This document shows, one piece after another, positions 26,290-40,337 of a DNA stretch of 64,000 nucleotides. The position numbers were made by a program, and so were the translations under genes. Source of the DNA: Octopus sinensis. Taxonomy: Eukaryota. A model generated the notes under the pieces. The model saw only the letters and a list, made by a program, of their open reading frames with translations, was not told the origin of the DNA and searched no databases. The stretch spans positions 25,792,001-25,856,000 of the forward strand of contig NC_043005.1 in assembly GCF_006345805.1 (NCBI RefSeq), written 5' to 3'. Every line of letters starts with the position of its first letter. Position 1 is the first letter of the stretch.

Positions 26290-26943
26290 ATTCTTTTACC
26301 TGTTTCAGTCATTTGACTGTGGCCATGCTGAGCACTGCCTTTAGTCGAGCAAATTGCCCCCAGGACTTACTATTTGTAAGACCAGTACTTATTGTATCGG
26401 TGGCTTTTGCCGAACTGCTAATATACAGAGACATAAAGACACCAGCATCGGTTGTCAAGCGATGTTGGTGGGACAAACACACACACACAGACATAAACAT
26501 ATACACACACATAAACATATACACACACATAATACATACGTATATATATATATTTTTTATTCTTTTATTTATTTCATTCATTTGACTGCGGCCATACCGG
26601 AGCACCGCTTTTAGTCGAAAGGAATCGACCTCAGGACTTATTAATTGTAAGACTAGTACTTATTCTATCGGTCTCTTTGGCCGAACCGCTAAGTTACGGG
26701 AACGTAAACACACCATCATCGGTTGTCAAGCGATGCTGGGAGGACAAACACAGACATACAAACATATATATACATTTATACGACGGGTTTCTTTCGGTTT
26801 CCGTCGACCAAATCAACTCACAAGGCTTTGCCCGGTCCGAGGCTATCGTAAAAGACACTTTCCCAAGGTTCCACGAAGTGGGACTGAACCAGGAACTATG
26901 TGGTTCGTAAGCAAGCTACTTACGGCACAGTCACTCCAGCGCT
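26290..26943 (-). mobile_element. SINE family A tandem (3' fragment 26290-26560 plus near-full copy 26565-26943)
   Basis: Two consecutive consensus tails on the minus strand. Confidence 0.85.
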
Positions 26944-27187
26944 GCTAACAATAGCTGTCTCAGTTTTATTTGAACCTTAAGTTTTGAGAAAATTTTCAAT
27001 TCAGTGAAAATGAAGCATAGAGCACATTAAACTATTTACATTCATACCACTGGTCCTTTTGATTTATTTCACTTCTAATAGTTTGATTTTAATTAAGCAA
27101 ATAACGCCTAACAACATGGTACGAAGCATTTTTCTGATGCAGCAATAGCCGGAATTGTCCACCAAACGTTATAGGACAGGGCTAAGA

Positions 27188-27400
27188 CGACGGGATGGCA
27201 GAACCGTTAGCACGATGGGCAAAATGATTACAGACATTTCGGCCGTCTTTACGTTCTGAGTTCAAATTCCGCCCTGGGCGATTTTGCTTTTTATCCTTTC
27301 AGGGTCGATAAAGTAAGTACCAGTTGAGTACCTAATTATATATAATCGACTTAGTCCCTTCCCTGAAATTAGTGGCATTGTGCCAAAATTTGAAATCAAT
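27188..27400 (+). mobile_element. SINE family B, diverged (others at ~21890-22090 + and ~45025-45235 -)
   Basis: TGGCAGAACCGTTAGCAC...GAGTTCAAATTCCGCC...GGTCGATAAAGTAAGTACCAG. Confidence 0.7.
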
Positions 27401-27712
27401 AAGGAGCTAAACTAAACTGACGAAGTGGATACAGAAGGTGACTCATGACGCCGAGTCCTCATCTCGCCTGTTATTTCATATCACGTTGTCCCTTCTATGG
27501 CATGGTAATCCATTCAACAATTTTTTCTTCTTCTTACAATAATCTCCAAACATTCATGAGTGGCGCTAGAAAAACTACCATTATACTTAGTTTTCTGTTT
27601 CTAAGGGAGGAAATGTCAATAAACCGAGAATTTGTTTTGTACAACATTCAGTACATCCACTAATTATCTCTCTCTCTCTCTCTTCGACTCTCTCTCATTA
27701 TATATATATAAT

Positions 27713-27819
<107 letters not shown>

Positions 27820-27831
27820 TATATATATGTA

Positions 27832-27894
<63 letters not shown>

Positions 27895-28363
27895 CAATTT
27901 CATTTTGGATGTAGGAAAGATATACAAATGCAGATGCTATTCATTAAATTGAATTCATATTTAAAAGTGCTCCGATTTTTCCTCTGTTATAATGTTTCAT
28001 TGTAGTTAATTATTTAACTTCGTTTTTTTTTTCATAATATACAATAGTTTTTCAATGCAATTTTTATCGTTATAATACATAATACATAATGCTTTATGTT
28101 TTTTAATTATTATACTTCGTATTTTCAGTTAATCTTTCTATTCAAGTTAATAAAAAACATATATATATTGAGGACTCCAGAATATTGTTAAAGATATTGC
28201 TTTTCTGATTGCATAAATTGTTTTCCACCAAATATATTATTTATATAATAGTAGAATCCCTAGAATTACATATTCCAGTCGATATATTTCATAACTTTAT
28301 TTATTTACCAATCGATCAATACATCTTCCCTGTTTATACGTATATCTATATTTGTACATATAT

Positions 28364-28446
<83 letters not shown>

Positions 28447-29258
28447 TAGTTGAATTCCTTCGAAATTAGAAATATGCAGCCTTCGAAACATATGTCGAGA
28501 ATAAAGGAATTTTGTTAATTCGTCGTTCAACTCCATTCTTTCATTTATATATATATATATATATATGGGTAATAGGTATTTGGAAACTAGATTGATCTGA
28601 GGCGTATATTAAAAATGAGGTAGCTACGAAACTCTGTCGTGGGAGGGACAATCTAACTATTTAATAAGAGACAAACGTGTTAAATTTAATTCAATACATA
28701 TTTTATGAGTTATCAAATATTTCGTCGCACTGCTGCAACCTTCTCAGTTAAATAATGTCATACATATATGCCTTCACACTTTTTTTATTCATTAACCAAC
28801 CTTCTAGAAGGATGGAGCTGGTTTATATCAAAAAGAAAAACACGTCATTGGCACACGGTTAAGTATAATTGCAACACATTGAATTTCAACAAATTCTTCG
28901 TTCTCTTACAGCCTAGTTCAGTAAAGATTTGGTCAGCCAGTTTCTTTCTTTGCATAAAAATCATAGGTTTTTCCAGATCTGTGCTTAGACACTTCTTTAC
29001 ACAACCAAGAGCAGTAATTGTTCTTGGCGAAAATAGGAATGTATATTCAGGGTAGATGAGCTGTAAGTTTCGAAGTAGATATAAGAGAAATTTTCTACGT
29101 CCCTTATTTTGGAAGAGTTGTTTGTTTGAGCGTGGGTGTGTATATGAAGGTGCGAAATTACGTTTGACCTTTTGTTCGATAACTGATGAAAGTTTTGTTG
29201 ACCTTCTGTGTTTGTTTTCCGTTTGAATGTGCGTTTATTATATGTTTTTTTGTTTTGT

Positions 29259-29600
29259 GGAGGCACAATGGCCCAGTATTTAGGGCAGCGGACACGCGGT
29301 CATAGGATCGCAATTTCGATTCCCAGGTCGGGCGTTGTAGGCTCCGGCAGCGGGTGGTGGCGAACCCTGCTGTACTCTTCTATCACAACTCGTTCTTCCT
29401 GTTTCTGTTGTACCTGTAATTCACAAGGCCCAGCCTTGTCACACTCTGTGTCACGCCGAATCTCCCCCGAGAACTAAGTTATGGCTACACATGTCTGTGG
29501 AGTACTCAGCCACTTGCACGTTAATTTCATGAGCAAGTTGTTGTGTTGATCAGATCAACTGGAACCCTTCTCGTCATAACCGACGGGGTGTCGTAATAAT
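29259..29600 (+). mobile_element. tRNA-Arg-like SINE head with family-C tail (tail variant 2)
   Basis: Head as at 19459; tail CTTGCACGTTAATTTCA...GATCAACTGGAACCC as at 8777. Confidence 0.75.
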
Positions 29601-29671
29601 ATGCTCTTTAACTCAGCATTTAAAGGAATGCCATATACCCTTATGTTTTTTTAGAGTAAGTGTTATATATA

Positions 29672-29835
29672 CCGTATTTTAACGGGTATAAAGAAGCCCC
29701 TAATTTGGGGGTGCTTAAAATTTGGAAGAAAGTTTTGTAAAGGATTATAATATTATCCATGAATAAGAAACTTGCCTATTTTTAACCAAATTTTTGACAA
29801 GGAAAACAGATTTTCTTATACACGTTAAAATACAG
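29672..29835. mobile_element. Tc1/mariner-superfamily (pogo/Tc2-like) MITE
   Basis: TA|CCGTATTTTAACGGGTATAA ... TTATACACGTTAAAATACAG|TA; TIRs with flanking TA. Confidence 0.7.
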
Positions 29836-29853
29836 TATATACATATACACACA

Positions 29854-29938
<85 letters not shown>

Positions 29939-30167
29939 CTTTCACTAAAGTAACAGAGGGTGCTAGTTAGCACCCTCATTACTAGAAATAAGAGTCAAAA
30001 CACCACTTAGCTCTCAGCTGGTTAAGTGATGTGTTGACTCTCATTTGTAGCAGTGCTGGTGCTCAGTAGCCTCCTCCATCACTATACTGATGACTATATT
30101 TGTTGCCTTTCGGTTGGTTGTAAACTGCAAATACCTACCTTAATAATTTGTGTATGTATGTATGCGT

Positions 30168-30318
<151 letters not shown>

Positions 30319-31206
30319 CTGATAAATAGATAGATAGATTAGTAGATACATAGATAGAGAGATAGAGATATGTGTGTGCATGTACATATATATAGATATG
30401 TATATATATGCCTCCTTTATATATCTAATTCTCTGTCTTCATATTTGTTTATTTTTCGATTAATAATTACTGAATTTCCAGTACTCCCAAAATTTCTCGT
30501 TTCCTGAATAAGGAATTTTGCAAACGTTAAGAATACAAATGATAAAAAAACAAACAAAGAAAAATCATCTAAAACAACTCTCTTCATAACTCCAAACTTG
30601 AGACTGACATATTAATTTCAATAAAACATCTCGACATTTATATAACCTCTGCATAAAAATATTAGTATAAATTAGGAAAGAATTCATATGTACTCCATTT
30701 TGGAACCGAAGCAATAACTATTTTCAGAACGGACACAAAATAGACAGGACATATTGATAGTGTACAATTACGAGGAACGAATAAATGAAATACTGGCTGC
30801 ATTTGAATACCTGAATAAGTCCATTGTGTAAAACGAAAAGGACGCAACTAATAAAACGTAAAGCATTCAACATGTCAACATTGTTTAAAAATCGAGAGGA
30901 TATTGAAAATAAATCACAAGTGCAGCGGCACAGCATAGTTTCTATATTTAGGTTTTGTGAAAACCTTAAAAGATCTCGGGAATAAATGTTATGGGTATTA
31001 ATTTGTTTTACAGTATTGTGCTGTTATCCAAAGGGAACCGAATGAAGAAAGCACAGGAAAATATACGGATCTTCGTCGTGTAAACTCCCGAAAGGAAATA
31101 ACAAAATGAATGTTAGAAATGTATGTATGCATGTATATATACATGTGTGTGTGTGTGTGTGTGTACATTATATATATATATGTATGTGTATATGCTTCTT
31201 TGCATG

Positions 31207-31240
<34 letters not shown>

Positions 31241-31519
31241 TATATATATATACGTACATATATACATACATACATACACACATACATACAAACACACATA
31301 TATATATGTACACATAAATATATACATACATATATATATACATACATATATATATACACATATATATATACATACATATATACATACACACACACATACA
31401 CACATATATGCATGTATGCCCGTTTGTATATGTGCAGATATGTATATGGATATGTGTGTGTGTGCGCGTGTATTTCGATCCAGCTTCTATAAAACGCTTT
31501 TCTGGGAATTTATCAAACT

Positions 31520-32031
31520 TTGTCATCACCATCATTATCATGATTATCATTATCTTCAGTGCCAGTATCAGACTCAGCTCATCATAGCCTCCGCCATTTT
31601 ATCCAGTAGTGTTGTTACCATCAACCATTACGCCGCCATTATTTTTTCATAAAAATTACCACTGCATCCATTATTATCTCGTTATCACTTTCCTCATCTT
31701 CAACATAAACATTCCTGCCGTCAGAATATCTATGTCTTCCGCCTCCTACTCCAAACCATCTTCATTATCATGGATGTCGACGTCCTCATCACCCACATCT
31801 TCTTTCTCCGACTTATTAAGATCATCGCTATTGTTATGATCTTCGTCTTCATTGTCGACAACTTCCGCTTCGTCCGTCGTCGACGTCATCATCAACATCA
31901 CCATCACCATCACCATCATCCTCTTCTACAACATTGTCATCATCGTAATCCATACCATTGTCGTATTATCGTTGCATCATCTTCGACGTCGTCGTCTCCG
32001 TCGTCCTCGTCCTCATTATCATCATCACCAT

Positions 32032-32063
<32 letters not shown>

Positions 32064-32070
32064 TTGTCAT
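31520..32070. repeat. Degenerate (CAT/CAA/CGT)n trinucleotide low-complexity tract
   Basis: Triplet periodicity with frame breaks and stops. Confidence 0.8.
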
Positions 32071-32446
32071 AAAGAAAAAAAAATCATCTTATTGCAGGAA
32101 GACAAATCTGCAGTCATAATTTCATATGAATTCTCTTTCATTTAGTGATGGAAGAAAGAATATAAACAAAATTTGCAAAGTTTATACCTTTCCACAAGTA
32201 TACAAGAACACAAAAAATACTTTTTCTTAGTGTTCATTGCTTAATTTTAATTTCTTCACAGTAAACTAGAAAAAAAAGTTCCCCCTGGAGTGGTCTCTAG
32301 TCTACACAAATACAAACTTCCCTGTGAAAGTCTGACAGAAAGTCTGACAGATAGCCAAGTACACAATAGCTCTTTTGTCTATATAGCGGTCAATAACACA
32401 GTAATTTCCCTTTGTATACGGTCATTTTTCATAGCACTTTTCCGAT

Positions 32447-32517
32447 GGCCGGATAACTGAAGACATGGTGGCGTGGATTTCCACCGCAGCATCCGAAACT
32501 CAGAGTTTTATCTTGGC
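32447..32517 (+). ncRNA. Hammerhead-like motif in a Penelope-like terminal repeat fragment
   Basis: GATAA-CTGAAGA-long stem II-CGAAA-CTC(A)GAG-TT-TTATC. Related copies at 58136-58201 (-) and 33746-33794 (-, partial). Confidence 0.5.
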
Positions 32518-32579
32518 TACCGAATAATTGTCACATATTACATTTACAGATATATATACTATATATATATACATATATA

Positions 32580-32682
<103 letters not shown>

Positions 32683-32735
32683 ATTTAGCAATTGGCATGT
32701 ATATACAATGCCTCCTGGCATGTATGTATAATGCC

Positions 32736-32820
<85 letters not shown>

Positions 32821-34419
32821 TATACACATACACACACACACACAGATATATATATATATATATATACATATACACACACATTTGCATACACATATGTGTA
32901 TGCGTGTGCCTATATACAGACACATTTTATATTCCTATGCGATAGCCTGATGTCTACCTTTGGGGGACAACATACTTGATCGTCACGACAAATGTATGTG
33001 TATATGTTTACATGTGTTTCCTTGTATCCTAGTTTGTACGTGCGCTTTACACGAATACATAAGTGTGTGTGTGTGAAGAAGAACGCTTTTTATTCATATC
33101 ACGCAAAAAAATCCGTTCATATTTTATTTTATGTTTGATGAATAAATAAAAATAAACTATAACCATAATGATATCTTTATGTCTATGTGTTATCATGTCC
33201 GAAAGAACTTAACATCGTTTTAGAATTTAATATTCAGAGCAACGCATTGTATGAGAATTTTCGGAATTAAATTTAATATATTATGATTTTAGAAAAACAA
33301 TAACGTTTTTCATATATATTTACATTGTATCTCATTTATTCTTTAACTCACACATTTATCAAACATTACTTTAATGCAACGCATGGCCGCACCAACATTT
33401 CGATTTTCATAATTTTCTCTATTATAAATGTTTTTAAATAAGATTTCCTGTAGTATTACGCATATACACGTATACACTTATATATGATTGCGCGTGTGTA
33501 TGTGTCTCTCTCTATCTCTATTTCTGTATATCTATCTATCTATATGTATATGTATATGTATATATATATATATGCACGTAAACACATGCATACATACATT
33601 TATATAATTATACACATACATAGATATATACATACATATATATATATGTGTGTGTGTATATTAATAATTATTAACAATAATATGACAGCAAAAGAACGAA
33701 TGAGACCTCCATATGATGTAAAATAGAGGAATTTATATATAAATATAATATGTGACAATTCGTTGGTTGCCGTAAAAAAAGCTCAGTGTTTCGGGTACAC
33801 GCATACACACATACACATATGCGGATATACAAAACGTAGTTTAGACGCGCATGCATATGCATACGCGGAAAAGGTTACATACAAATAAAAACGCATGCCC
33901 CCCCCCCCCAAATGATAAACCGTAAAGCATTCACCATCACTGCAAAACTTGAATATACAATTTAGTTATGTATATGCACAAATACACCCTCCTGTCTGTC
34001 AAACACATCTACACCTGCAGACATATAAACGTATATACATACATATATGTGTATACGAAGGAAGGAGACATGTACAACAGGTAGAGTTTTGCACTCGTAT
34101 ATATGCAATCATTTGTACACAATTTGTACTACACTAGTATAAGTTACACAATTATAAAGGGTGAAAGATAATATGCAGAAAAGGCAAATAAATAAAATAT
34201 ATATAAATATATAAGAGATGTTAAGACATGTGAAATGCTTATACGTGGACATAATATTTTGAACATAGGAACAACGTGAAGTGAACCAGTACACAACGCG
34301 TCGTCATGGTAACAAGCTGCTAATGCCACGCTGTCTGTTGATTGGCTAAAATTACCCAAATTCCCCAACTTTAATTCCAAATAACATCAGATTCTTTAAT
34401 TTATGAGATAAAGTAATTG

Positions 34420-34880
34420 GTTGATCATAACCAAAATTCAGAGTTGCATCGATATGCCAAAATTCAAAGCAATCTGAGCGAAATTTGTCAACATCGCCAT
34501 TATTCGCTCTCTTTGGTTATTTGCTACTGTGAGGTTTTTCTTGCCATTTATCAGTCAGAATATCTAATGCAGCAGTTTTGACACGGATTTTCATGCGCTT
34601 AGCTTTTTCTGCGCTTGTTTCTAATATGTTTAATTCCGAAATTTGTTGTATTTGGTATTCACTTAGATATTCCTTTGCCTGTTTTGTTACTGAGTATGAT
34701 GCTTTCTTGTTTTCATGCTTTGAGACAAGTTTTGCCATCCAGCCCTCAGAGTTTTTCAGGTAGGTGTCTAGGCCAATTGTAGCAATCATCATTGTTAATA
34801 CCACTTGTAAAAGTCCACGGCCTCCCTCTTTTCTTGGTAGATAAAGTCTTTCTATATCTGTTAGGGTGGTGCATTCTGCG
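34420..34880 (-). mobile_element. R4/Dong-clade non-LTR retrotransposon fragment (post-RT region)
   Basis: MHHP(frameshift)DIERLYLPRKEGGRGLLQ...KWQEKPH..PKRANN matches the R4/Dong HHPKADVDRLYLPRxEGGRGL motif. Confidence 0.8.
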
Positions 34881-36269
34881 ATGTAAGATTTTAGTTTCAA
34901 AATTTTACTCCTTAAATACCTCTTAACAGCCCTAAATATTTCAGTGATAATTTAGTAAGGGATATATATGTTATCTTTTATCTTTTAGTTGTTTCAATCA
35001 TTAGACTGTCTCTATGCTGGAGCATTGTCTTGAAAAATGTTGAGTTGTATCAATTAACCCCAATACTCATTTTGTTGTGTAAGCTAAGTATTCATTCTGT
35101 TTGCTTTTGGGGTTTTTTCTGCCAATTACAGGGACATACACACACCAGCGTCTCTTGTCAAACCATTAGGGAACAAACACAAACACACACAAATACACAT
35201 TGGGCTTCTTCCAGTTTCTATCAACCAAATCCAGTCACAGGTTTTCGTCCACCCAAGGCTATCGAAGAAGACTCTTGTCTAAACACAGAAGCATGAAGTT
35301 GGGAAATAAACTTCTAATCACACAGCCATACCAAACCTCATATGGAATCTGACTGCATTCTTCCCAGTATATCATTTGCTTCAAAGGTATGAAAAGTGAA
35401 GCTTAGCCATTAAAATTCAAACTTAGAACAATGGAAAAGTGTGCTATAGATTGTGCCAAATTCATTGACTTAGTGTGAATAATATTAAATTAGGGCTACC
35501 ATAACTAACAGAGGTGAGAATAAAAAGAAAATTTTTGTGTAATCCTTGTGTGTTATTAATATTATGAGAATGATAACGTATTCCCATTAATATAATTTTA
35601 ACTGTTACTAATATTCGTTTAAAATTTTAGCACAAAGCCATTAATTCTAAGTGAGAGAGTTAGTAGATTTCATTGATGAATTATCATTCAAATATGTCAT
35701 GTATGCGTGTGTCAGTGGGTGGTATTTCTTATACAAAAAGGGAATTTCAAATTGGGACAATTGATTATACTGTTTATCTGCCACTTCATGATTCTTCCTA
35801 TTTTAAGACGATGTAGTGTGATTAAGGAATTTGGCTGTTATGTCACGTAGCGCAAGCGTATTTTTAATAAAGATTCCTATTTATATTTGTCATGCACTTG
35901 GAATAAAGATATATCTCGTATTGTTTTATATAAACAGTCCAGCCTAGGAGACAGTACTCATCAGTCGGTGCAACATTGAGAAAATAATTGTTTTAAGCTA
36001 TCAAGAAAATATAACATCACATCAGTTTAAATTTAATGTAGTACATTTGATAATATAATATCGTCAGGTCAAAACGAATAACAGTTTATTTGCTTAGCAT
36101 TGATGTCAGTTGCATTGTGAGATGAAATCGTTATACGTATATCTGTGTGTAGTGTGCGGGTGTGGGTGTCTGTGTGTAAGTATCATACATACACATATAA
36201 ATATACATACATATATACACATACACATATCGATTCCAGACGATATCAATGCTAAAACTACACATATAA

Positions 36270-36342
<73 letters not shown>

Positions 36343-36641
36343 AATGAGAGAGTCAGAAGACAGACAGATAGCTAGATAGATAAATAAATAGATAGATGGA
36401 TAGTTATATAGATAGATACACGATACATAAATAGATACATAAACACACAGACACACACACGCACTCGAACACATGCAGTGAAATAAACACCTAAAAGTAC
36501 ATAGAGAAAGCCTACAGAGCATGACAGCTAGGTATTTAGGAATATGGACAATGCGCTGTGTAAATATATTTAGCAAAAGCACTAAACCTATATAAGTACA
36601 TACGTAAACATATGTATGTATATATATATATATATATATAT

Positions 36642-36689
<48 letters not shown>

Positions 36690-36693
<4 letters not shown>

Positions 36694-36885
36694 TTATTCT
36701 TTTATTTGTTTCAGTCAAATCGCCCCCAAGACTTACACTTTGTAAGCCTAATACTTATTCTATTGATATCTTTTGCCGAACCACCAATGTTATGGGGACG
36801 TAACCTCACAAGCATGGGTTGTCAAGCGATGTATGGGCGAAGCAAACACAGTTACACAAACACACACATACACCCACTCCCACAT

Positions 36886-36922
<37 letters not shown>

Positions 36923-37086
36923 GGACGTGCTTCTTTCAGTTTTCGTTTGCCAAATCCACTCACAAGTCTTTGCTCGGCCCTAGGCTGCAGTAGAAATCAC
37001 TTGCTCAAGGTGCCACGTAGTAGGACTGAACCCGGAAGCATGTGGTTGGTAAGCAAGTTACTTACCACACAGCCACTCCTGCACCT
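36690..37086 (-). mobile_element. SINE family A (a more decayed copy lies at ~35000-35335)
   Basis: Consensus head, core and partial tail. Confidence 0.85.
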
Positions 37087-37088
37087 AC

Positions 37089-37170
<82 letters not shown>

Positions 37171-37264
37171 GTATGTGTGTATTTATGTATGTATGCATAT
37201 ATATATCATATATATATATATATATTTGTAAATCTATATATGTGTTTGTGTTTATTTATGCATC

Positions 37265-37340
<76 letters not shown>

Positions 37341-37872
37341 CATGTATTGTCTACATGCGTATGGCTGTTTTTTATTGCGTTATTGATTCGTTCTTTATTA
37401 CTTAAAATTTCTTTATCGTTTTGTGACAGTTAATACATTCATTGATTAACAGGCATGGCAATTGTTGCTGTTGTTGTAGTAGGTATTGCTTATATCACAT
37501 TTATTGTTGCTGTTGTTGTTGGTGATGTTTTACTATTGTGTATGAATTGAATGATTTTTGCTGATATTTCCTTTTGGTTTATATTCTCTCTTTCCTCCTC
37601 ACACTCTTCCTCCGCTATACTTTTCTCGAATAAACAAATAAAACGATAGCAAATTCTGAAAAAAAACACACACACACACAAGGAAAATAATATAGAGAAT
37701 AAAAACAAACGTAAATCAAGCAAGTCGTAATAAAGTCATTTCAATTGTTAAGTTTGTATACTTGACTCCCGACGAGTCTCAGTCTAAATCGATTTATATA
37801 TGTGTGTGTATATGCGGTATAAGAGGCTTTGTATACAATAAATAAATGCACGATGTTTATACGCGTGTACAA

Positions 37873-37951
<79 letters not shown>

Positions 37952-37956
37952 TCTCT

Positions 37957-37998
<42 letters not shown>

Positions 37999-38009
37999 GT
38001 TTCCTGGCC

Positions 38010-38240
38010 CAGATTAAGTGCTGGGCACATCACTTTGAGTCAGAAACAAAGGGATAGGCAACGCATTAGAAACACTTCTCACCTGCACCAATGCAAATCT
38101 ACTGGCCAGGTGATGGCCTCAGTTTTTGGGGATGCAGAAAGTATTATAATTATTGACCGTCTTCAAAATGGCCACTTCATCAACTGAAGGTATTATGCCA
38201 ATTTGCTGACGCAGTTGCAAAAGGTTATCAAGACCATGAG
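38010..38240 (+). mobile_element. Mariner transposase catalytic-domain relic
   Basis: [44 protein letters not shown] matches SAGKVMASVFWDAKGI..IDYL.KG.TIN..YYANLL.QL. Confidence 0.8.
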
Positions 38241-38708
38241 CCAGCAAACCCATGCACCCTTGATTGTCTGACGTATAAACATCGATATTTACAAACTCAG
38301 AAAAAGCGAACTCAAAACATGAAAAGAAGTATATAGTTTTCTTTATTAGAAGCAGTGGTTTCTCGAAATCCTAATGTGCTTTTAGGACTTCGAAAACATA
38401 ATTATTTGTATTTCCCTTCACACGTTGACTTTGAGTTAATAGAAGGCACCTATTACTTTTGCATTCATCACAGCTCAATATACTTAAAGCAATTGAAACT
38501 ATTGTGTTCGATGGCTATAGAAATGTCCTTTGGATTGTGCAGGAATTCCAGAAAGCTTCAGATTTGCTGGGGAGGAAACAACTGACCATAGCTTTAAATA
38601 TGTATGTTCTGAAGTAAGATAAACGTGTTCAAGAGTCGCCTGTGCACCTCATAGGACTGTATGGAAGTGATGTGCATGCAGGGAATTACGGGTGTCATAT
38701 GTTTGTAG

Positions 38709-38975
38709 GTTATTGTGATTGGATTCGTCTTATTAATGATGTATATTGCCTCGTTCATCACTGATTCATTCATCACTGATCCGAGATATCTTGGCATGCT
38801 CAATCGAGACCACTGTTACGTTTGTCACGGATACGCTTCGGCCATTAATTCAGATTTTGCTTCGACCGCAAAAACGTGTCCCGGCGAAGACCCACATTGC
38901 TCAGTTACCCACAACACACTGACTATCGCTTGTGTTTTCTTGAACGTGCTACGAGGCTGCACATTTTGATAGTGT
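38709..38975 (+). pseudogene. Candidate nested antisense exon: signal-peptide-like segment plus Ly6/uPAR (three-finger)-like Cys pattern, truncated
   Basis: Reads VIVIGFVLLMMYIASFITDS...HCYVC-x17-C-x6-C-x19(…VLRG)C-TF*, then TAG and TGT. Acceptor-like TTTGTAG at 38708. Non-repetitive and more GC-rich than its flanks. Confidence 0.4.
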
Positions 38976-39970
38976 TTGATGCATTCGTACCCATCAACAT
39001 ACCACCAATGAACAGACACAATAGGATGGCGCTTCATCCTAACAATCGACGCAAACGAGTGTATTCTCTAAGAGAAACAGCAAACATAATCAAGACAATA
39101 CACGACGACGGTAACTTCATTACTCGAGTGCGAGAGCTTGGAGTGAATTAATCCGCCATTTGTCCCACAATCGAAGTATATGGAGACTATTAATTTATCA
39201 CTGTGTTTGTTTCGGAACCGACCTTCATGATAAACGACGATAGACGTAACCATAAAAGCTATAAAATAATTTTATATCACGTTTGCTATATACTCTATTT
39301 GTTAACTTTCCCGATATCATTTTATACCACTATTGTGTCTATACTAGATATTTTTGCATATGAATATTATATGCTCTATCAGCTATAAGTGGTTGTGTTC
39401 GTTATTGCAAGCTGCTGTAGATATTGGTGTGGATATAATAGTTACTATGATGAGTTATAATAGCGATTGGTGTTTATAGAAGTTACCGGAGGCAATAAAA
39501 TTTGTTGGTGTCTACAGTAGATTTTGTTGGCTATAACATTTAATATTATGACGATAGTACTAATTAGACGCAATATTGTTTCTGGTTAAAAGAGTAGAAT
39601 CCCGATATAATTCAACGTATATTTACAATCCATGCATGTATAGATGTATGCTGTATGTCTTCGTATAATAGCGATGGATACAAACAGCAACAAAAATACG
39701 GAAACGTTCTCTCTTGATATTCTGCATCAGGCTTTAGTTACCCCTCGTTACTGTTGCCGTCACAAATGACTGGGATCGTTGGAAACATACCGCCATTGTT
39801 GTTCTTGTACATGAATTGTGATATGAAATAATATAGGAAGGAAAAGTTCCAGGAGATTTGATGTTATTCAATGGTTTTAACGCACGTCGACCGAGTGTGC
39901 TATTTTCTGTGACCCTTATCTAGCGATAGAAGTCTGGTCAGGTCTTGTTTTTTGTCAGTGAAGTTATTAC

Positions 39971-40260
39971 GTGGAAGGTGTTTATAAGCCACTTAATAAA
40001 CACACAAAAAGCGTTAGATTCACTTCAACATTTAAATTTAATTTGTGAAAATATTTTCGTCGCTTTGAGACCGTGACATGTTCACTGACAAAATTCCGTG
40101 CTCCTGAAGTGAATCTAACGGTTTCTGTGTGTTTCTTAAATGGCTTGTAAATACCTACCACGCTGCAATTGTTTTCGTTCCAGCACATGATCTCAGATCA
40201 GATCACTTGCTATGCAAGTACATCTCCGTAACTTTTTATTGTTCGGTTATTTTGCGTGTA
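39971..40260. repeat. Unclassified interspersed repeat, rearranged copy (collinear copy at ~51935-52150)
   Basis: Shares GTTGAAGT.AATCTAA...TTCCAGCAC..GATCTCA...GCTATGCAAGT.CATCTCCGTAAC with the 51935 copy. Confidence 0.75.
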
Positions 40261-40337
40261 TTTGCCAGCTTTTCTTCGCATCATTTAGGCCTTTAAAGCC
40301 CCTAGTTTTAGCTTTTTCAATACTTTTGTTGTTATAT

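Noticed and set aside
31520-32145. His/Ser-rich or Asp/Glu-rich apparent ORFs
   Set aside because: A degenerate trinucleotide tract; the frames break with stops on both strands.
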